From positions 38,083-102,082 of the IMG/VR virus record IMGVR_UViG_3300046535_000869: a stretch of 64,000 nt of DNA; one strand, written 5' to 3'. Source of the DNA: a virus. The notes below the pieces were generated by a model that saw only the letters and a list, made by a program, of their open reading frames with translations, did not search any database and had not been told where the DNA came from. The position numbers were made by a program, and so were the translations under genes. Below, in pieces: positions 38,705-49,792 of this stretch (its first letter is position 1; each line of letters starts with the position of its first letter).

Positions 38705-39227
38705 CTCCTCCGTGTGTCCGTGGTATCCAGTAGTCGCCGTCGTTCGTGACCATGTCTATCGCCGACGCCCGATCATACTCGAAGCGCCGATGGTCGGCCG
38801 GGTCCTCGTATAACTGCAAGCCGTACTTGCCGTTAGCGCCCAGGTAGCAGGCCCAGCGCGCGCCGGTCGGGTGCAGCGCGTTGTACGCCGCGAGCTGCTG
38901 TCCGTGCCAGGCCGACCTCCCGCCCGTCTTGAAGTCGAGGATGGCCCGCGTCCCGAACAGGTTCGAGCAGACCCGGTCGATCCGTCCCGCCAGGCAGTCC
39001 GCCTGCACCTCCAGCTCCGTCGCCTCGTAGGTCGGCCGGACGATAGCGAGGAACATCTGGTACGCCTCGACATAACCCCAGAGGCCCTCCGGCACGTTCA
39101 GCGACTCGCCCCGGTCCATCGCCTCCGTCAAGCTGTGAACCGCCTGGCCCCGCGCCGCCGCCTCCGGCGAGAACCAGGTCTTGTCAATCCGACCGGCGAG
39201 CGTCAGGACTTGCGTGACCGATATCAA
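38667..39227 (-). CDS. PD-(D/E)XK exonuclease (phage RecE/Cas4-like fold)
   Basis: SVTQVL, RGQAVH, AGRIDR, LDFKTG, QLAAY. Confidence 0.85.
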   Translation of the reverse strand: MISVTQVLTLAGRIDKTWFSPEAAARGQAVHSLTEAMDRGESLNVPEGLWGYVEAYQMFLAIVRPTYEATELEVQADCLAGRIDRVCSNLFGTRAILDFKTGGRSAWHGQQLAAYNALHPTGARWACYLGANGKYGLQLYEDPADHRRFEYDRASAIDMVTNDGDYWIPRTHGGDDEDGRPRPSIT

Positions 39228-39529
39228 CGGTCGTCCGTCAGCCCGCCGGTAGCGGACAGGTAAGCGCTCAGTCAGGACCGAACCTCTGCGCCAGGACCCA
39301 GAGCAGGACCAGCGACAGCACCGCCGTCAGGACGCCGCCCGCGATGTAGGCCAGCATCACATCCTCGCCCTGATGACGTCCTCGACGACCCGCTGCTCAA
39401 TGCCAGGGAATAAGGCCCGGATCTGCTCAGTCGACCAGCCGTCACGGAACAGGTCGACCATCGCCAGCTTGCACAACTCGACCCAGGCGTCTAGATCAAC
39501 CCGCCGCCGCCGCTGCTTCGGCTTGCCCT

Positions 39530-40684
39530 TCACCGGCTCACCGGCAGGTCGAACTTCGTCACGTTGTAGCTGCCCCGCTTGTTGCCCGGCTCCAGGACCG
39601 GCAGGACGAGCGCGCCGCTCGACCGGTAATCCTCCGCCTGGGCCGCGACCTTCTCGTCCAGGGTCGTCGCGCTGTTGGCGTTCTGCCCGTCGCTCGCCTT
39701 CACCGCGCCGCCGAACTTGACGACGTAGAGGTTCCAGCCGCCGCGCGAGTTGGTCCCGGACTTCAGCTTGTCGACCGCCGTGACCTTCACGCCCGCGTGA
39801 CTCGCGACGACCTCCGGCCCAGGCTCCGGCCCTGGCCCAGTCTGCGCGACCGATGGCTCGACCTTCGGCTCGACCGCCGCGACGATAGCTGGCCCGATGG
39901 TCTGCTCGACCGCCTGCTTGAGCGTCGGCCCATCGAGGACGACCGCCTTGACGTCGATGATCGGCTGATGGCTCAGGTCTTCCATGTCCTGGGTGAACAT
40001 CCCGGCCGACCGCGTGACGCCGATGACCGCGTCGATCTTCGCCCGCTTCTTCGCCATCTTCAGGACGGTGTTCTTCGCGTCCGCGATGTCCGGGTTCTCG
40101 ACGCGCCCGACTTCCTGGCTGATGATGTTCGGGTCGTTGTCGTTGAACTTCGCCCCACAGCCGCCCTTGTTCTTGAAGCACAGCCAGCCGCCGCCGTACT
40201 CCTGCTTGCCCTTGATGATCGCCGCCTGGCGACACTGCGGACAGAGACGCTGGGCCTGCCGCCAACGGTAGCGCGACTCGAACGTCGAGCACGATCCGAG
40301 GCCAGTGCCGAGGAAGCTGTCGTCCCGGCGAGATCGGAGCGTGCATTCGAGCATGTAGTCGAACAGCCCGCTGTCCCAGTCTTCGGTCTTGCTCAGGATT
40401 TTGTACTCGTCCGCCAGGCCGTAGATCTCGCACAGCTTGTCGGCCCCGGACTTCAGGAGCGTCATCTTGTTCCGCGTGCCTGGGATGACGCCGTAGTCGC
40501 CGCCGTCGTCGCCGCCGTCCTTGCTCTCCGTCAGGTAGTGCTGGCAGAACTCCTGGAACTTCTCCAGGTTCGTCTTCGCGACCGCGACCTCCAGGACTGG
40601 CATCAGGACGACCGCGCTCCGCTCGCGAATCATCATCCCGGTCCCGACCGTGTGCTCGATTGCTTCGTCCACTGCTGTCGTCAT
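39530..40684 (-). CDS. Putative single-strand annealing/recombination protein
   Basis: DYGVIPG...LLKSGADKL...GSCST...NTVLKMAKKRAKIDAV...FTQDMED; linked to the exonuclease. Confidence 0.65.
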   Translation of the reverse strand: MTTAVDEAIEHTVGTGMMIRERSAVVLMPVLEVAVAKTNLEKFQEFCQHYLTESKDGGDDGGDYGVIPGTRNKMTLLKSGADKLCEIYGLADEYKILSKTEDWDSGLFDYMLECTLRSRRDDSFLGTGLGSCSTFESRYRWRQAQRLCPQCRQAAIIKGKQEYGGGWLCFKNKGGCGAKFNDNDPNIISQEVGRVENPDIADAKNTVLKMAKKRAKIDAVIGVTRSAGMFTQDMEDLSHQPIIDVKAVVLDGPTLKQAVEQTIGPAIVAAVEPKVEPSVAQTGPGPEPGPEVVASHAGVKVTAVDKLKSGTNSRGGWNLYVVKFGGAVKASDGQNANSATTLDEKVAAQAEDYRSSGALVLPVLEPGNKRGSYNVTKFDLPVSR

Positions 40685-40934
40685 CGTCTCCCTCGTTTCT
40701 GTTGGTTGCATCTGCCGAGTATGTCACGCCCCTCTGACAGGGGAGGTCACGCCGCGCGGTTGATTTTTCTGGACGTCTCGGAGATCCGCCGCTTGTGGCG
40801 GGCCTTTATCTTCGACGCCCAGAAGACGGTCTTGTTCTGCCAGCGGCCCTTGCCTTCGCCGCTCGGCCGATGCTTCAGCGCGGTCTTCCTGAACCGCCGC
40901 TGCTTGCCGCCGACCTTCCGTATCGCGACGGTCA

Positions 40935-41174
40935 TCAGCTCGCCTTCGCGACGGTCGCGCCGTCCGGGAGCTGCACGTTGTCGGCGTGCTTGTCGACCAG
41001 GAGGCCGAGCACGTCCGCGCGCGTCACGCCCAGCCGCGACTCCGCCTGTCGGAGTTTTCGCAAGTGGAGCGCCGTGAAGGTGATCGTGACCGGGTGCTCG
41101 CGCACCTTGCCCCGGAACAGAGATCGCCGCCCTGGTCGAATCTTCGCTGCCTTCGTTTTTGCTGCCTTCGCCAT
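40935..41174 (-). CDS. Ribbon-helix-helix-like DNA-binding protein
   Basis: VTITFT...LRQAESRLGVTRADVLGLLV. Confidence 0.55.
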   Translation of the reverse strand: MAKAAKTKAAKIRPGRRSLFRGKVREHPVTITFTALHLRKLRQAESRLGVTRADVLGLLVDKHADNVQLPDGATVAKAS

Positions 41175-41242
41175 GTCGTCCGTGGTGTCCTTTGTGCAGG
41201 ATGTGGCCGGACCCGTTGCCAGGTCCGGCCGGGTGTCTACGC

Positions 41243-42202
41243 TCACTCGTCGCCGTCCGTGAAGGAGATGGCGCGGTCGGCCTTGTCGACCACCAGCGGG
41301 TCGAGCGCCGCCGCCAGCTCCGAGATTTCGTTCAGGACCTTCGTCCGCACCAGGTCGTCCTTCAGCGTCTGCGGGTCGACGCCTTCCATCACGCTCCTGG
41401 CCTTCGCGATAATCGGCGCGAAGTCCGCGTCGCCAGTGATGTCCTCGAACGACTTCAGCCACTCCTGGATGTTGCCGGTTGCCGACTTCATCAGGCGCTT
41501 CGGCTTCCCGTCCGCGCCCGGCGTCAGCCGGTCGGCCAGGTGGTCGAACATGTCGCTGAGCTGCTTCCGAATCGCCTGCTGGACGTTGTCCGCGACCATC
41601 GTGAGCTGGATGACGGCCTTCTGCTTCTCCTGCTCGAAGATGTCCGCGTTGATGGCCTTCAGCTTCGTCGGCGTCTCGAACGCGACCCAGTTCCACTCGA
41701 AGCCGAACTTCGACCGGAAGACCTCGACCGACGGATAGTCGCCGCTCGCCGCGACCACATTCAGCCGTGCCGCCGTCTCCTCGCAGCGCTGCGCGTACAT
41801 CTCGCAGGCCCGGTTGACCAGGACCTCGCGCTCCGCTTGCCAGGTCTTCAGATTCTCGTTCGTCTCCGTGACGCGCGTCACGCTCACCAGGTAGACGCCC
41901 GCCTTGAAGTTGGACGGGAAGCTGACCTTCTCGATGGCGTTCGCGACCTTGCTGTCGTGCTTGCCGATGGCGACCAGCTCCGGCGAATCGAGCAGGGTCT
42001 TCGTCAGCCGGAGGAGCGCCTTGTCGGCCTCGACCGTGACGACGGACATGCTGGCCTTGCGGCTGTTGCCGAAGCTGCGCTTCTGAATCGACAGGCAGAT
42101 GGTCTTCGCCGCGATGTTCGCGGCTGGTGCTGGAAGGATTTCAATCCCGTCAATCGGTTCCGGTTCGGTCATCGCGGCGTCCTCTATCGTCATCTGAGTC
42201 AT
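41243..42202 (-). CDS. DUF3150-like protein
   Basis: Helical 319 aa with KTLLDSPEL, GVYLV, DYPSVEVFRSKFGFEW. Confidence 0.55.
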   Translation of the reverse strand: MTQMTIEDAAMTEPEPIDGIEILPAPAANIAAKTICLSIQKRSFGNSRKASMSVVTVEADKALLRLTKTLLDSPELVAIGKHDSKVANAIEKVSFPSNFKAGVYLVSVTRVTETNENLKTWQAEREVLVNRACEMYAQRCEETAARLNVVAASGDYPSVEVFRSKFGFEWNWVAFETPTKLKAINADIFEQEKQKAVIQLTMVADNVQQAIRKQLSDMFDHLADRLTPGADGKPKRLMKSATGNIQEWLKSFEDITGDADFAPIIAKARSVMEGVDPQTLKDDLVRTKVLNEISELAAALDPLVVDKADRAISFTDGDE

Positions 42203-42270
42203 CGTCGTCGTCTCCTGCTGTCGGCGGAATTGCCTGACCAGGGAATGATACGCTCAACGGGTTGAGCATG

Positions 42271-43355
42271 TCAACAAGTATTTTTCGGAGGCGACAGCGG
42301 GTCGCCGACCGCGTGCCGCCGCCGCCACTCCTCGCGCCCGATCTTCTGGGCGTAGGCCCCGGAGCGCTCCATGTGCGGGACGGATGTGCGCTTGCCGTTC
42401 GGTTGCCGACACGGCCGCTCTGGAGCCGCCTCGCACTTCGGGCAGGCCATCTCGCGGACGACCTGGATGTTCGCCCAGCGGCTGATGCTGCTCATCGTCG
42501 ACTCTGCGCCAGACGCTGCGCCTTCTGCGCCAGGACCGACTGGTAGATCGCGGACAGCTCCCGCGCGACGCAGCCCAGGAGATCGAGCCGCTCGACATGC
42601 TCCTGACGTGCGATGGCGAAGGCGTTGTCGCTCTGGACGTAGTAGTCCCGCGCGTTCGGGCTGGCGTCTTGTAGCGCCCGGATGGCCTCGTGGACCTTCG
42701 TCGTCGCCGTCTCGTACTGCGCCTCCAGGTCAAGCCCTGACGTGCCGTTCAGGTGAACGGTCGGCGCGATGACCGTGTGCTCGCCGATAGCGATCAGGTT
42801 GTTCTTCATCGGTTGTACGGCTGGAGCGCCTCCTCCATCTCGACCTCGGCGCGGTCGAGCGCTTCGAGGGACTTGTTGAACCGCTCGCTGGCCCGCCGGA
42901 ATGTCGGCGAGTTGGTCTTGAACTGGACCCAGTAGTAGTAGCGCTCCTGGGCCTTGAGCGCCGCGCGGCCCGCGCGCATCAGGGAGATCGCCGCCCGTTC
43001 GACGCGGTTCTTCATGGCTTCCTCCGCCGCTGTTGGCGCAGGAAGTAGATCACGGTGTCGCAGACCAGAATCCAGAAGGCTGGCCGCGCGAACGGCGCGA
43101 TGGCGTCCGGGACGGAACCTGCGCTCAGCGCCTGCCAGCGCTCGATGAGCTTCGCGTTCTCGGTCATCGCTGCGCCTCCACCAGCCGGTCGACGGCCCGC
43201 CGCGCCGCCTCGATCTCGGTCGCGCGGTGCGCTCCCAACCAGTCAAGTCGAGCCGTGGTTCCGATCACGTCGTCGCCCAGCGCCAGCCTGCCCATCGAGA
43301 CCAGCATCTTAAGCTGGGCCTCCGTGAGTCGCACGTCGTAGTACCTTCCCATCAT
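42271..43355 (-). CDS. Cluster of small hypothetical ORFs (42271-42495, 42492-42809, 42806-43015, 43164-43355)
   Basis: Coupled overlaps; the first carries a CPKC...C...H Zn finger. Confidence 0.5.
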
Positions 43356-43535
43356 CGCCTCCGTAGCGCCAGAAAGAAGTTATAGAGGCTCAGCCCCAGC
43401 GCGACGCCGAGCATGAACTGTTGCGTCTCGGTCATCGGTCGAACCACTTCCCCGGATGCTGGCCCCGGAGCGACAGCCACATGAGCGCCGCCGCCGCCAG
43501 GACGATGAGCGCCGCGCCGATCTGTTGGAGTGTCA

Positions 43536-43775
43536 TCACAGCCCCTTGTGCTCGCGCAACCATGCCAGCTCCGCGTCGAGCGCGTCCTGCCGGAGCACGA
43601 ACGGCCCCAGCTTCGGGCCGAGGACCGGACCCATGTCCGCGAACCAGCCCTTCCCGTTGTCGGCAGGCTCGACGTGGCTCACGCGCCGAACCGTCGCCGG
43701 ACCCATCGCCAGCAGCCCGGCCATCTCGTCCGAGTAGATGAACTGCGCGACGCCGTTCCTGATGTTCACTCTCAC
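43536..43775 (-). CDS. Conserved hypothetical protein
   Basis: RRVSHVEP...WFADMGPVLGPKLGPF..RQDALDAE..WL; coupled to the DUF2997-like gene. Confidence 0.6.
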   Translation of the reverse strand: MRVNIRNGVAQFIYSDEMAGLLAMGPATVRRVSHVEPADNGKGWFADMGPVLGPKLGPFVLRQDALDAELAWLREHKGL

Positions 43776-43963
43776 TGGCCTGCTCCTGCTCGGAGGCCGA
43801 GCGTGTTCGGTTTGTTCATCTCCTCAGTCGCCGTGTCGCTGGTCGTCGCGCCGAGCGCCCGCTCCAGCATCTTCGTCGCGTCCTTGCAGGCGACGCCGCT
43901 GAAGCCCTTCGTCGTGATGACGGCCTTGCCGTTCTCGATGACGACCGTGATGGTCTGCGCCAT
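43772..43963 (-). CDS. DUF2997-family protein
   Basis: ITVVIENG...TKGFSGVACKDATKMLERALG. Confidence 0.8.
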   Translation of the reverse strand: MAQTITVVIENGKAVITTKGFSGVACKDATKMLERALGATTSDTATEEMNKPNTLGLRAGAGQ

Positions 43964-43966
43964 GTT

Positions 43967-44428
43967 CTACCCCTTCACCATGTCAAGCTGCAACCCGGTC
44001 GGCGTGACCGTCCGCGTAATCCGGTAGCCCTGGCGCGCCATAATCCGCATCGTGACTTCCGCCGCCAGTTCGTTCTTCAGCGTCTCCAGGTTCTTCCCGG
44101 CCCGCTCCTCGATGGCTCGCCCGCCGCTCGACCAGTTGTCGTACAGCAGCTCGAAGCCTGGCTGGCCGTCGACGCGGTTGACCAGGCCGACCTCGTACAT
44201 GCCGTCCTTGTGGTCCTTGCGACGCAGCTTCCAGCCGTCGCACTTGCCGAAGTTTTTCGGGTCGTGGCCGTTCGAGACCGCCGCGACGCCGCCCCGGAAG
44301 TCGTTGACCCAGGTGCCGTACCACTTGTAGGTCGTGGCCTGCACCAGGTCGAAGCCGAGGCGATCCGCTGCCGACTTCAGCGCGTCCAGGTCCGTGACGA
44401 AACACTCGACCGATGCTACGTGACTCAT
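43967..44428 (-). CDS. DUF1257 (Ycf35-like) protein
   Basis: MSHVASVE..VTDLDALKSAADRLG...YEVGL...FELLYDNW. Confidence 0.75.
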   Translation of the reverse strand: MSHVASVECFVTDLDALKSAADRLGFDLVQATTYKWYGTWVNDFRGGVAAVSNGHDPKNFGKCDGWKLRRKDHKDGMYEVGLVNRVDGQPGFELLYDNWSSGGRAIEERAGKNLETLKNELAAEVTMRIMARQGYRITRTVTPTGLQLDMVKG

Positions 44429-45068
44429 TTCACCGCCGCCTTCTGCTTGTTGGTCAGCGCCCAGAATGGAACCAGGTGCCGACGGTTAATCGGGTAGACG
44501 TGGCCGCGCTTCGGGTCGCGGACGTACAGGTGCTTCGTCCCCAGCTCCGAGTAGAGCAGCTCGACGACGACCGGCTGCGCGAAGTAGGCCCGGTCGGTCT
44601 CCAGGACGAACTGCTTGAGGAGCGCCGTCGGTGTCACCAGGTAGCCGGTCGTGTTCGTCATCGTCATCGTCTCCATGAACCGAATGATAGGATAAAGCCC
44701 TGACCGAAGTCAAGGCTTTTCTTTTAGCGCGCCGTCGGAATCTTCGAGTCGGCCTCACGGTCGTGGTCGCCCTCAAACCAGCCACGGCCCGCGCTGATGT
44801 TGACCAGGCCCGCGTGATACGCCTCGAACGCCGCCACGGCCTCGCGCTTCGTCCGGTAGAGCATCCGGGAGCCGAGGCCCCGGAAGGACCAGAGCCAGCG
44901 CTTGCTGGTGCTGTGTGCCTTGCGGACAGGGTAGCCAGCCGAGCCGAAGCGGCTGACATGAACCAGCAGCGCTCGGTGGTCTTCGTTGTTGAACTGGGCC
45001 TCGAAGTAGGCAACCTCGCCCGCCGTCAGTTCCCGCTTCGTCGTCGCCGTCGTCATCATGTTGTCCAT
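44425..45068 (-). CDS. Two leaderless hypothetical ORFs (44425-44676; 44724-45068)
   Basis: Each ATG lies 7 nt after a TATCAT -10 box. Confidence 0.65.
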
Positions 45069-45448
45069 GTAAGCGATGATATGCTCAATGGAGTCGCCTG
45101 TCAACAACTATTTTCAGCCGCCGCGATCTTTTTTTCGCGCGGCCGATCTCAGGCCGCGTCGACCCAGCGGCCCAGGCGTATCGCCTCGGCGAGCTGCTCC
45201 TCCGCGATGTGGATGGTCATCGCCTTCGCCAGCTTCTTGTAGTCGTCCGCGACCGTGCAGCGATAGCGCCGGGCCTCCCGGTCCAGCTCCTCGACGTGGA
45301 CGACGACCGACTCGCCGTACACTTCCAGGACGTAGGTCGCGCCGATAATCGGCTCCTCCGTCGGTGGCATTGATCTTGTCATGCGGCCAGTCTGCACTGG
45401 TTCGTCCGCGACCGCAAGTCCTTCGTCTTCCCTTCGCCTCGATCTCAT

Positions 45449-46261
45449 TTAGAACAGTCCTCCCTGAATGGCGATCTTCGTCGCCGGTTCACGCTCTAGC
45501 GCGAACGGAACCTCGGCGACCGCCGGAGGCTCCGCGTTGACCTGGTCGGCGATCTCCGTCAGCACGTCCCGCGCCGACGCGCCTGGCCAGCCGTAGCTCG
45601 TCAGGAAGTCACAGCTCGCCGCCGTGACCGCCCACTCTCCGCCGCGCCCGGCCTGCCGGTCGAGCGTGTTCCCACAGCGCGCGATGCCGCGACATCCGGC
45701 CAGCGACATCTGGACGAACGTCATCTTGAAGCACAGGTCGGCCAGATCGGTCGCGTCGAACCAGACCCGGTTCGCGTCGACGCCGCGCGCCTTCAGGACC
45801 GCCGCCGTCGCGAGGATCATGCCGCCCGCGCCGCTCGCCGGTTCCGCAATCGTGATGTACGGTTGCCCGTCCAGGTCAGGCGTCAGGTCGCCCATCGTCA
45901 TCTCGGCCATCAGCCGGGAGACTTCTGGAGGCGTGAAGTACTGGCCGATGTGTCCGTTGACGGCCGCGATCCGCTCGTCCTGGGCGATAGCTCCCAGGCT
46001 GTCGCCTTGGCCCTCCAGGAGATCGAGCGTCAGCTCGCCGAGCAGCTCACCGAACTGCTGGGTCCTAGCCGCGCCGATGGCGTCCGCGACCCGCTGGTAG
46101 CGCGCCTCCAGGTTCGTCGCGCGCGGTTCTCCGGCCAGCGCCTTCGCCAGCGCGCAGTAGGCCATCTCGATGAAGCGCTCGAACTCGCGGTAGGGTGCCT
46201 CGCCCGCCCGCCCGTCGGCCAGCGCCTTGATGATGGTGGTCTGCCTGGTGCGGTCTCTCAC
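45449..46261 (-). CDS. N6-adenine methyltransferase-like protein (HsdM N-terminal half)
   Basis: GQYFTPPEVSRLMA, EPASGAGGM, ATD, GNTL. No NPPY/F motif seen. Confidence 0.75.
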   Translation of the reverse strand: MRDRTRQTTIIKALADGRAGEAPYREFERFIEMAYCALAKALAGEPRATNLEARYQRVADAIGAARTQQFGELLGELTLDLLEGQGDSLGAIAQDERIAAVNGHIGQYFTPPEVSRLMAEMTMGDLTPDLDGQPYITIAEPASGAGGMILATAAVLKARGVDANRVWFDATDLADLCFKMTFVQMSLAGCRGIARCGNTLDRQAGRGGEWAVTAASCDFLTSYGWPGASARDVLTEIADQVNAEPPAVAEVPFALEREPATKIAIQGGLF

Positions 46262-47827
46262 CGTCGTCTCCTCCGTATATCCGGGTCCGTCGTCGTGATC
46301 TCCGCCGGGTAGCCCAGCTCCATGTACGCCTGGTAGTTCGCCAGGTCATCGCGACCGAGCGCCGTGACGAAGCCCGTCCAGACGCCCTGCCAGACGAACG
46401 CCTGGCCCGGATCGACCTGTTGCCAGCGCCGACAGACGCGCTCGGCCCAGAGCCGGACCACGTCCTTCGTCGCCATCTTCTTCTTCGTCATCCTCGCCTC
46501 CCGGCCTCGCGGCCGATCTCGGCCACGGTCCCGCGCTCGCGGACCCGCTCCTGGAGGAACGCTCGATCTTCCGGTCGCAGGCCGACGCCCGCGAAGTCGT
46601 AGTTCCCATGCCGGACCTCGGCCTCCTCGCGCGCCCGCGCGTAGCTGAAGTTGGGGGCCTGCTTCTCGTCCTGGCTGCACGGTAGACAGATGTCGTCCCG
46701 GTTGAAGTAGCTGGTCGTCCAGCTTCGCAGCTCGCCCTGACAGCGCGGGCAGATCTTCTCGCTCATCGTCATCTCCTTGAATGTGGAAGGGCCGACGTGT
46801 TAGGAACAGCGCGCGCTCGCGGAATTGCGCCGCCTCTCGCTGCCCAGCGCCTGCACGGAACTGGCACGTCGACCCCTCAACCTCCTACGCCGGGCGGTAC
46901 TCCTCGGCGTGCTCGCACTCGTAGCAGAACCAGACCGCGACCAGGACGCGCCGCGTCGGGAGCGCCTGACCGGCGACATGATAACCGGGATGATAGACCT
47001 CCTCGGTTTGCGCCTGGCGGTCCAGGTGCATCGTCCCGCCGCACTCGCCGCACCGCTTCGTGGCGTCCATTACTTCACCTCGTAGACCCGACGCTCGCTG
47101 GCGTCGTAGACGAACCCGGTCGTCCGCCGCGCGTTGCACTCGGCCGAGCCACGGTTCGCGAAGGCCCAGCGGCTCGCCTTCCCGAAGTCGTTGCGGTCGT
47201 AGATGCCGCCGTCGGCCGTGACGACGATGAACTTCATCCCGCCGTCGCGCGACCCGCTCACCAGCCGCTCTAGGAACTCCGCGTTCGCCTTCGTCATCGT
47301 CGTCTCCATGTCCAGGGATGATAGGATAAACCAGAACCGAAGTCAAGCGGTTTGTTCCGCGCCCTCGCGGTAGTCGCCCAGCTCCAGCACGCCGTACTTG
47401 AGGCTGATCCTGGCCGGGCGCTCGTTGACGATGTCGCGCGGCGTCCCGACAATCATCTCCTCCTGGCGCTCGCCGTCCGCCGAGTAGACCCGGTAGAAGA
47501 CCAGGCGATCCGTCCGCTTGACCAGGAGGCCCCAGAAGGACCGGCGCTTGCCCTCGGCCAGCTTGACCGTCGCGCGCACGTAGGCCGTCGGTTCGTAGGT
47601 CATTAGCGTGCCTGACGGACGATGACCAAGTCGCCGTCCAAGGTGTCGACCGATGGCGCGCCGAACAGCGCGTCGATTCTGGCGTCGTCGGCGTTCTGTG
47701 ACCGCGCCGCTGCGTGCATCTCGGCCTCGGTGCCGACCGCGACGACCGCGCCGCTCACCGCGTAAACCGCCTCGAACACCACCACCACCACCGTCGCCGC
47801 GTTTGCCTTTGTCATCACCGCCTCCAT
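46258..47827 (-). CDS. Small hypothetical ORFs (46258-46491, 46488-46772, 46885-47070, 47070-47309, 47343-47603, 47603-47827)
   Basis: Coupled starts/stops, SD motifs and promoter cassettes. Confidence 0.6.
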
Positions 47828-47928
47828 GTCCAGAATGATAGGATAAAAGGCCGGGCCTGTCAACAACTATTTTCAGGATCGGTGCGATTTTTTTTGAGGC
47901 CCTGGCCAGCTCGGCTAGAATAGGTGCC

Positions 47929-49599
47929 ATGAAAATGACGCTTCGATCTGCCTTCGCCCCGATCTTCCTGGCGCTGGCCGCGATCTCCGCCTGTCGCCCG
48001 GCCGTGACGCCGCTCCCGCCGCGCGCGTTCGCCGTGGACGTGGCCGCGACCTCCGGGACCATCACCCTGGACGGCTGGGCCTGCCCCGGCTCGAACCCGG
48101 ACTGGTGCGGTATCCCGCAGACCATCCAGAACAAAGGCACGTACGGACACGCCGACTTCCCGGCACTGGCCGGGAACGCGCCCGCGATGAACTTCCACAT
48201 CCGGGCGAACGGGTACGAGCCGATGGATTGCGTCGGGAGCGTCCCGCCAGGGAACGCGACAGCGGCCTGGGACGTACCACCGAACCCTCAGCGCTACACG
48301 CCGACCGGCTGTCCCGACCACCTGACGCCGAGCTTCCCGCCCGCCAGGACCGGCGTCGTCATCCCGGACGGGAAGGCGATCCGAGACGGCCAGGGGAACT
48401 TCCATGCTGAAGGGCTGACGTTCTTCTGGGCCATGCAGGGCATGAGAGGCGACTACGACCGGTTCCTCGCGAATGTGAAGTTTATCGCGACCCATGACCG
48501 GCCGGACTACGTGCGTATCCTGGCCCAGGTCGACTGGCAGGGCTGGGAGATCGACCCGAACTGGCCAGACTACGAAGCCGTCCTCGGCCGGGTCATCGAC
48601 CTGTTCTACCAGTACGGCATGCGGGTCGAGATCACGGTCCTCGGTAGCCCGTACAGTAACCCGGTCGAGCTGGCCCATCGCGTCGCCCGCGTGACGTCGA
48701 CGCGCCCGGAGAAGGTCATCGCCATCGAGACCTGGAACGAATGGTCCCAGAACGGCGGCTCGATCTCCGCGATGTCCGACATGGCGCGCGTGTTCCTCGC
48801 CGAGTCCGGCGTGAAGCTGGTCGCCCTGTCGTCCGACCCGTTCGATCCGAACATCGCCGCCGCGACCGCTGCCGTCGGCGCGACGATGGGCACGATTCAT
48901 CCTGACCGCGATGCCGGAGACGGCGACTGGCGAGCCGTCCGGCAGTGCTTCGACGCCAAGGACTTCCGCATGATTATCGACCTCAACGAACCGCCGGGAC
49001 CGAACAGCTCGGTCGAGGTCATGTCAGACCCGACCCATCTCGGCATGTTCCGGGCCTGCACCCATCAGTCGGGCGGAGCCATGTGGGTGTTCCACGTCGG
49101 AGACATGGTCATGGGCCAGCGCGATCCGGGCCATCACCGGATGCCGAACATCTGGCAGGTCGGCTGCGAGTCGGACAACCCGGTCGCGAACACGCCGGAG
49201 AACCCCTGCCCCTACATCGTCCAGGCGCTGCACGCCGTCAGATCGGTCGACGGGTACATCCCGGACTCGGTCGAGAACTGGCAGAAGACGGCGGGGAACC
49301 CGAACTTCGCGCCCCAGGCGCTGAAGCCAGATCAAGCTGGCTGGGACGTGCAGGGTCCGACCGTCAACCGGGCGTACGCCGCGCTCGGCGGGACGATCTT
49401 CATGCAGACGCTCCTGGGCCTCAAGGGTCCGCTCCACTTCACGCTGACGATGCCGGGCGTCTCCAGGTGTCACATCCAGGGCCTGAACCCAGGAACGGGC
49501 GAGCTGCTGTCGCTCGATCTCAACGTCGGCGACGGGACGGTCATCACCGGACGCGACGACGGGAACACTGGGTATGTCCTGACCGGGTTGTGCCAGTGA
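47929..49599 (+). CDS. Lipoprotein with glycoside-hydrolase-like TIM barrel
   Basis: Lipobox LAAISA-C; IETWNE and DLNEP resemble clan-A GH catalytic motifs; own -10 (TAGAAT 47916-47921). Confidence 0.6.
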   Translation: MKMTLRSAFAPIFLALAAISACRPAVTPLPPRAFAVDVAATSGTITLDGWACPGSNPDWCGIPQTIQNKGTYGHADFPALAGNAPAMNFHIRANGYEPMDCVGSVPPGNATAAWDVPPNPQRYTPTGCPDHLTPSFPPARTGVVIPDGKAIRDGQGNFHAEGLTFFWAMQGMRGDYDRFLANVKFIATHDRPDYVRILAQVDWQGWEIDPNWPDYEAVLGRVIDLFYQYGMRVEITVLGSPYSNPVELAHRVARVTSTRPEKVIAIETWNEWSQNGGSISAMSDMARVFLAESGVKLVALSSDPFDPNIAAATAAVGATMGTIHPDRDAGDGDWRAVRQCFDAKDFRMIIDLNEPPGPNSSVEVMSDPTHLGMFRACTHQSGGAMWVFHVGDMVMGQRDPGHHRMPNIWQVGCESDNPVANTPENPCPYIVQALHAVRSVDGYIPDSVENWQKTAGNPNFAPQALKPDQAGWDVQGPTVNRAYAALGGTIFMQTLLGLKGPLHFTLTMPGVSRCHIQGLNPGTGELLSLDLNVGDGTVITGRDDGNTGYVLTGLCQ

Positions 49600-49792
49600 C
49601 GCCTCCCTGGACGGACCAGGAGCCGATCACCGCCGAGACCTCGCCAGCTCGCCTCCGCGAGAACCTGGCCGAGGCCCGCGCCCAGCTCTTGTGGATTCGG
49701 GAGATGATCGACGGGAAGGAACCAGCGCCGGAGGTCTTCGACTTCGCGCTGTCCTTCCCGCTCGTCAGGGACGTCTGGGTCCAGCTCGACGC

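Noticed and set aside
38667-39227. Cas4 as part of the RAMP system
   Set aside because: No Fe-S cysteine set evident; it sits with the annealing protein as an ordinary phage recombination exonuclease, 7 kb away.
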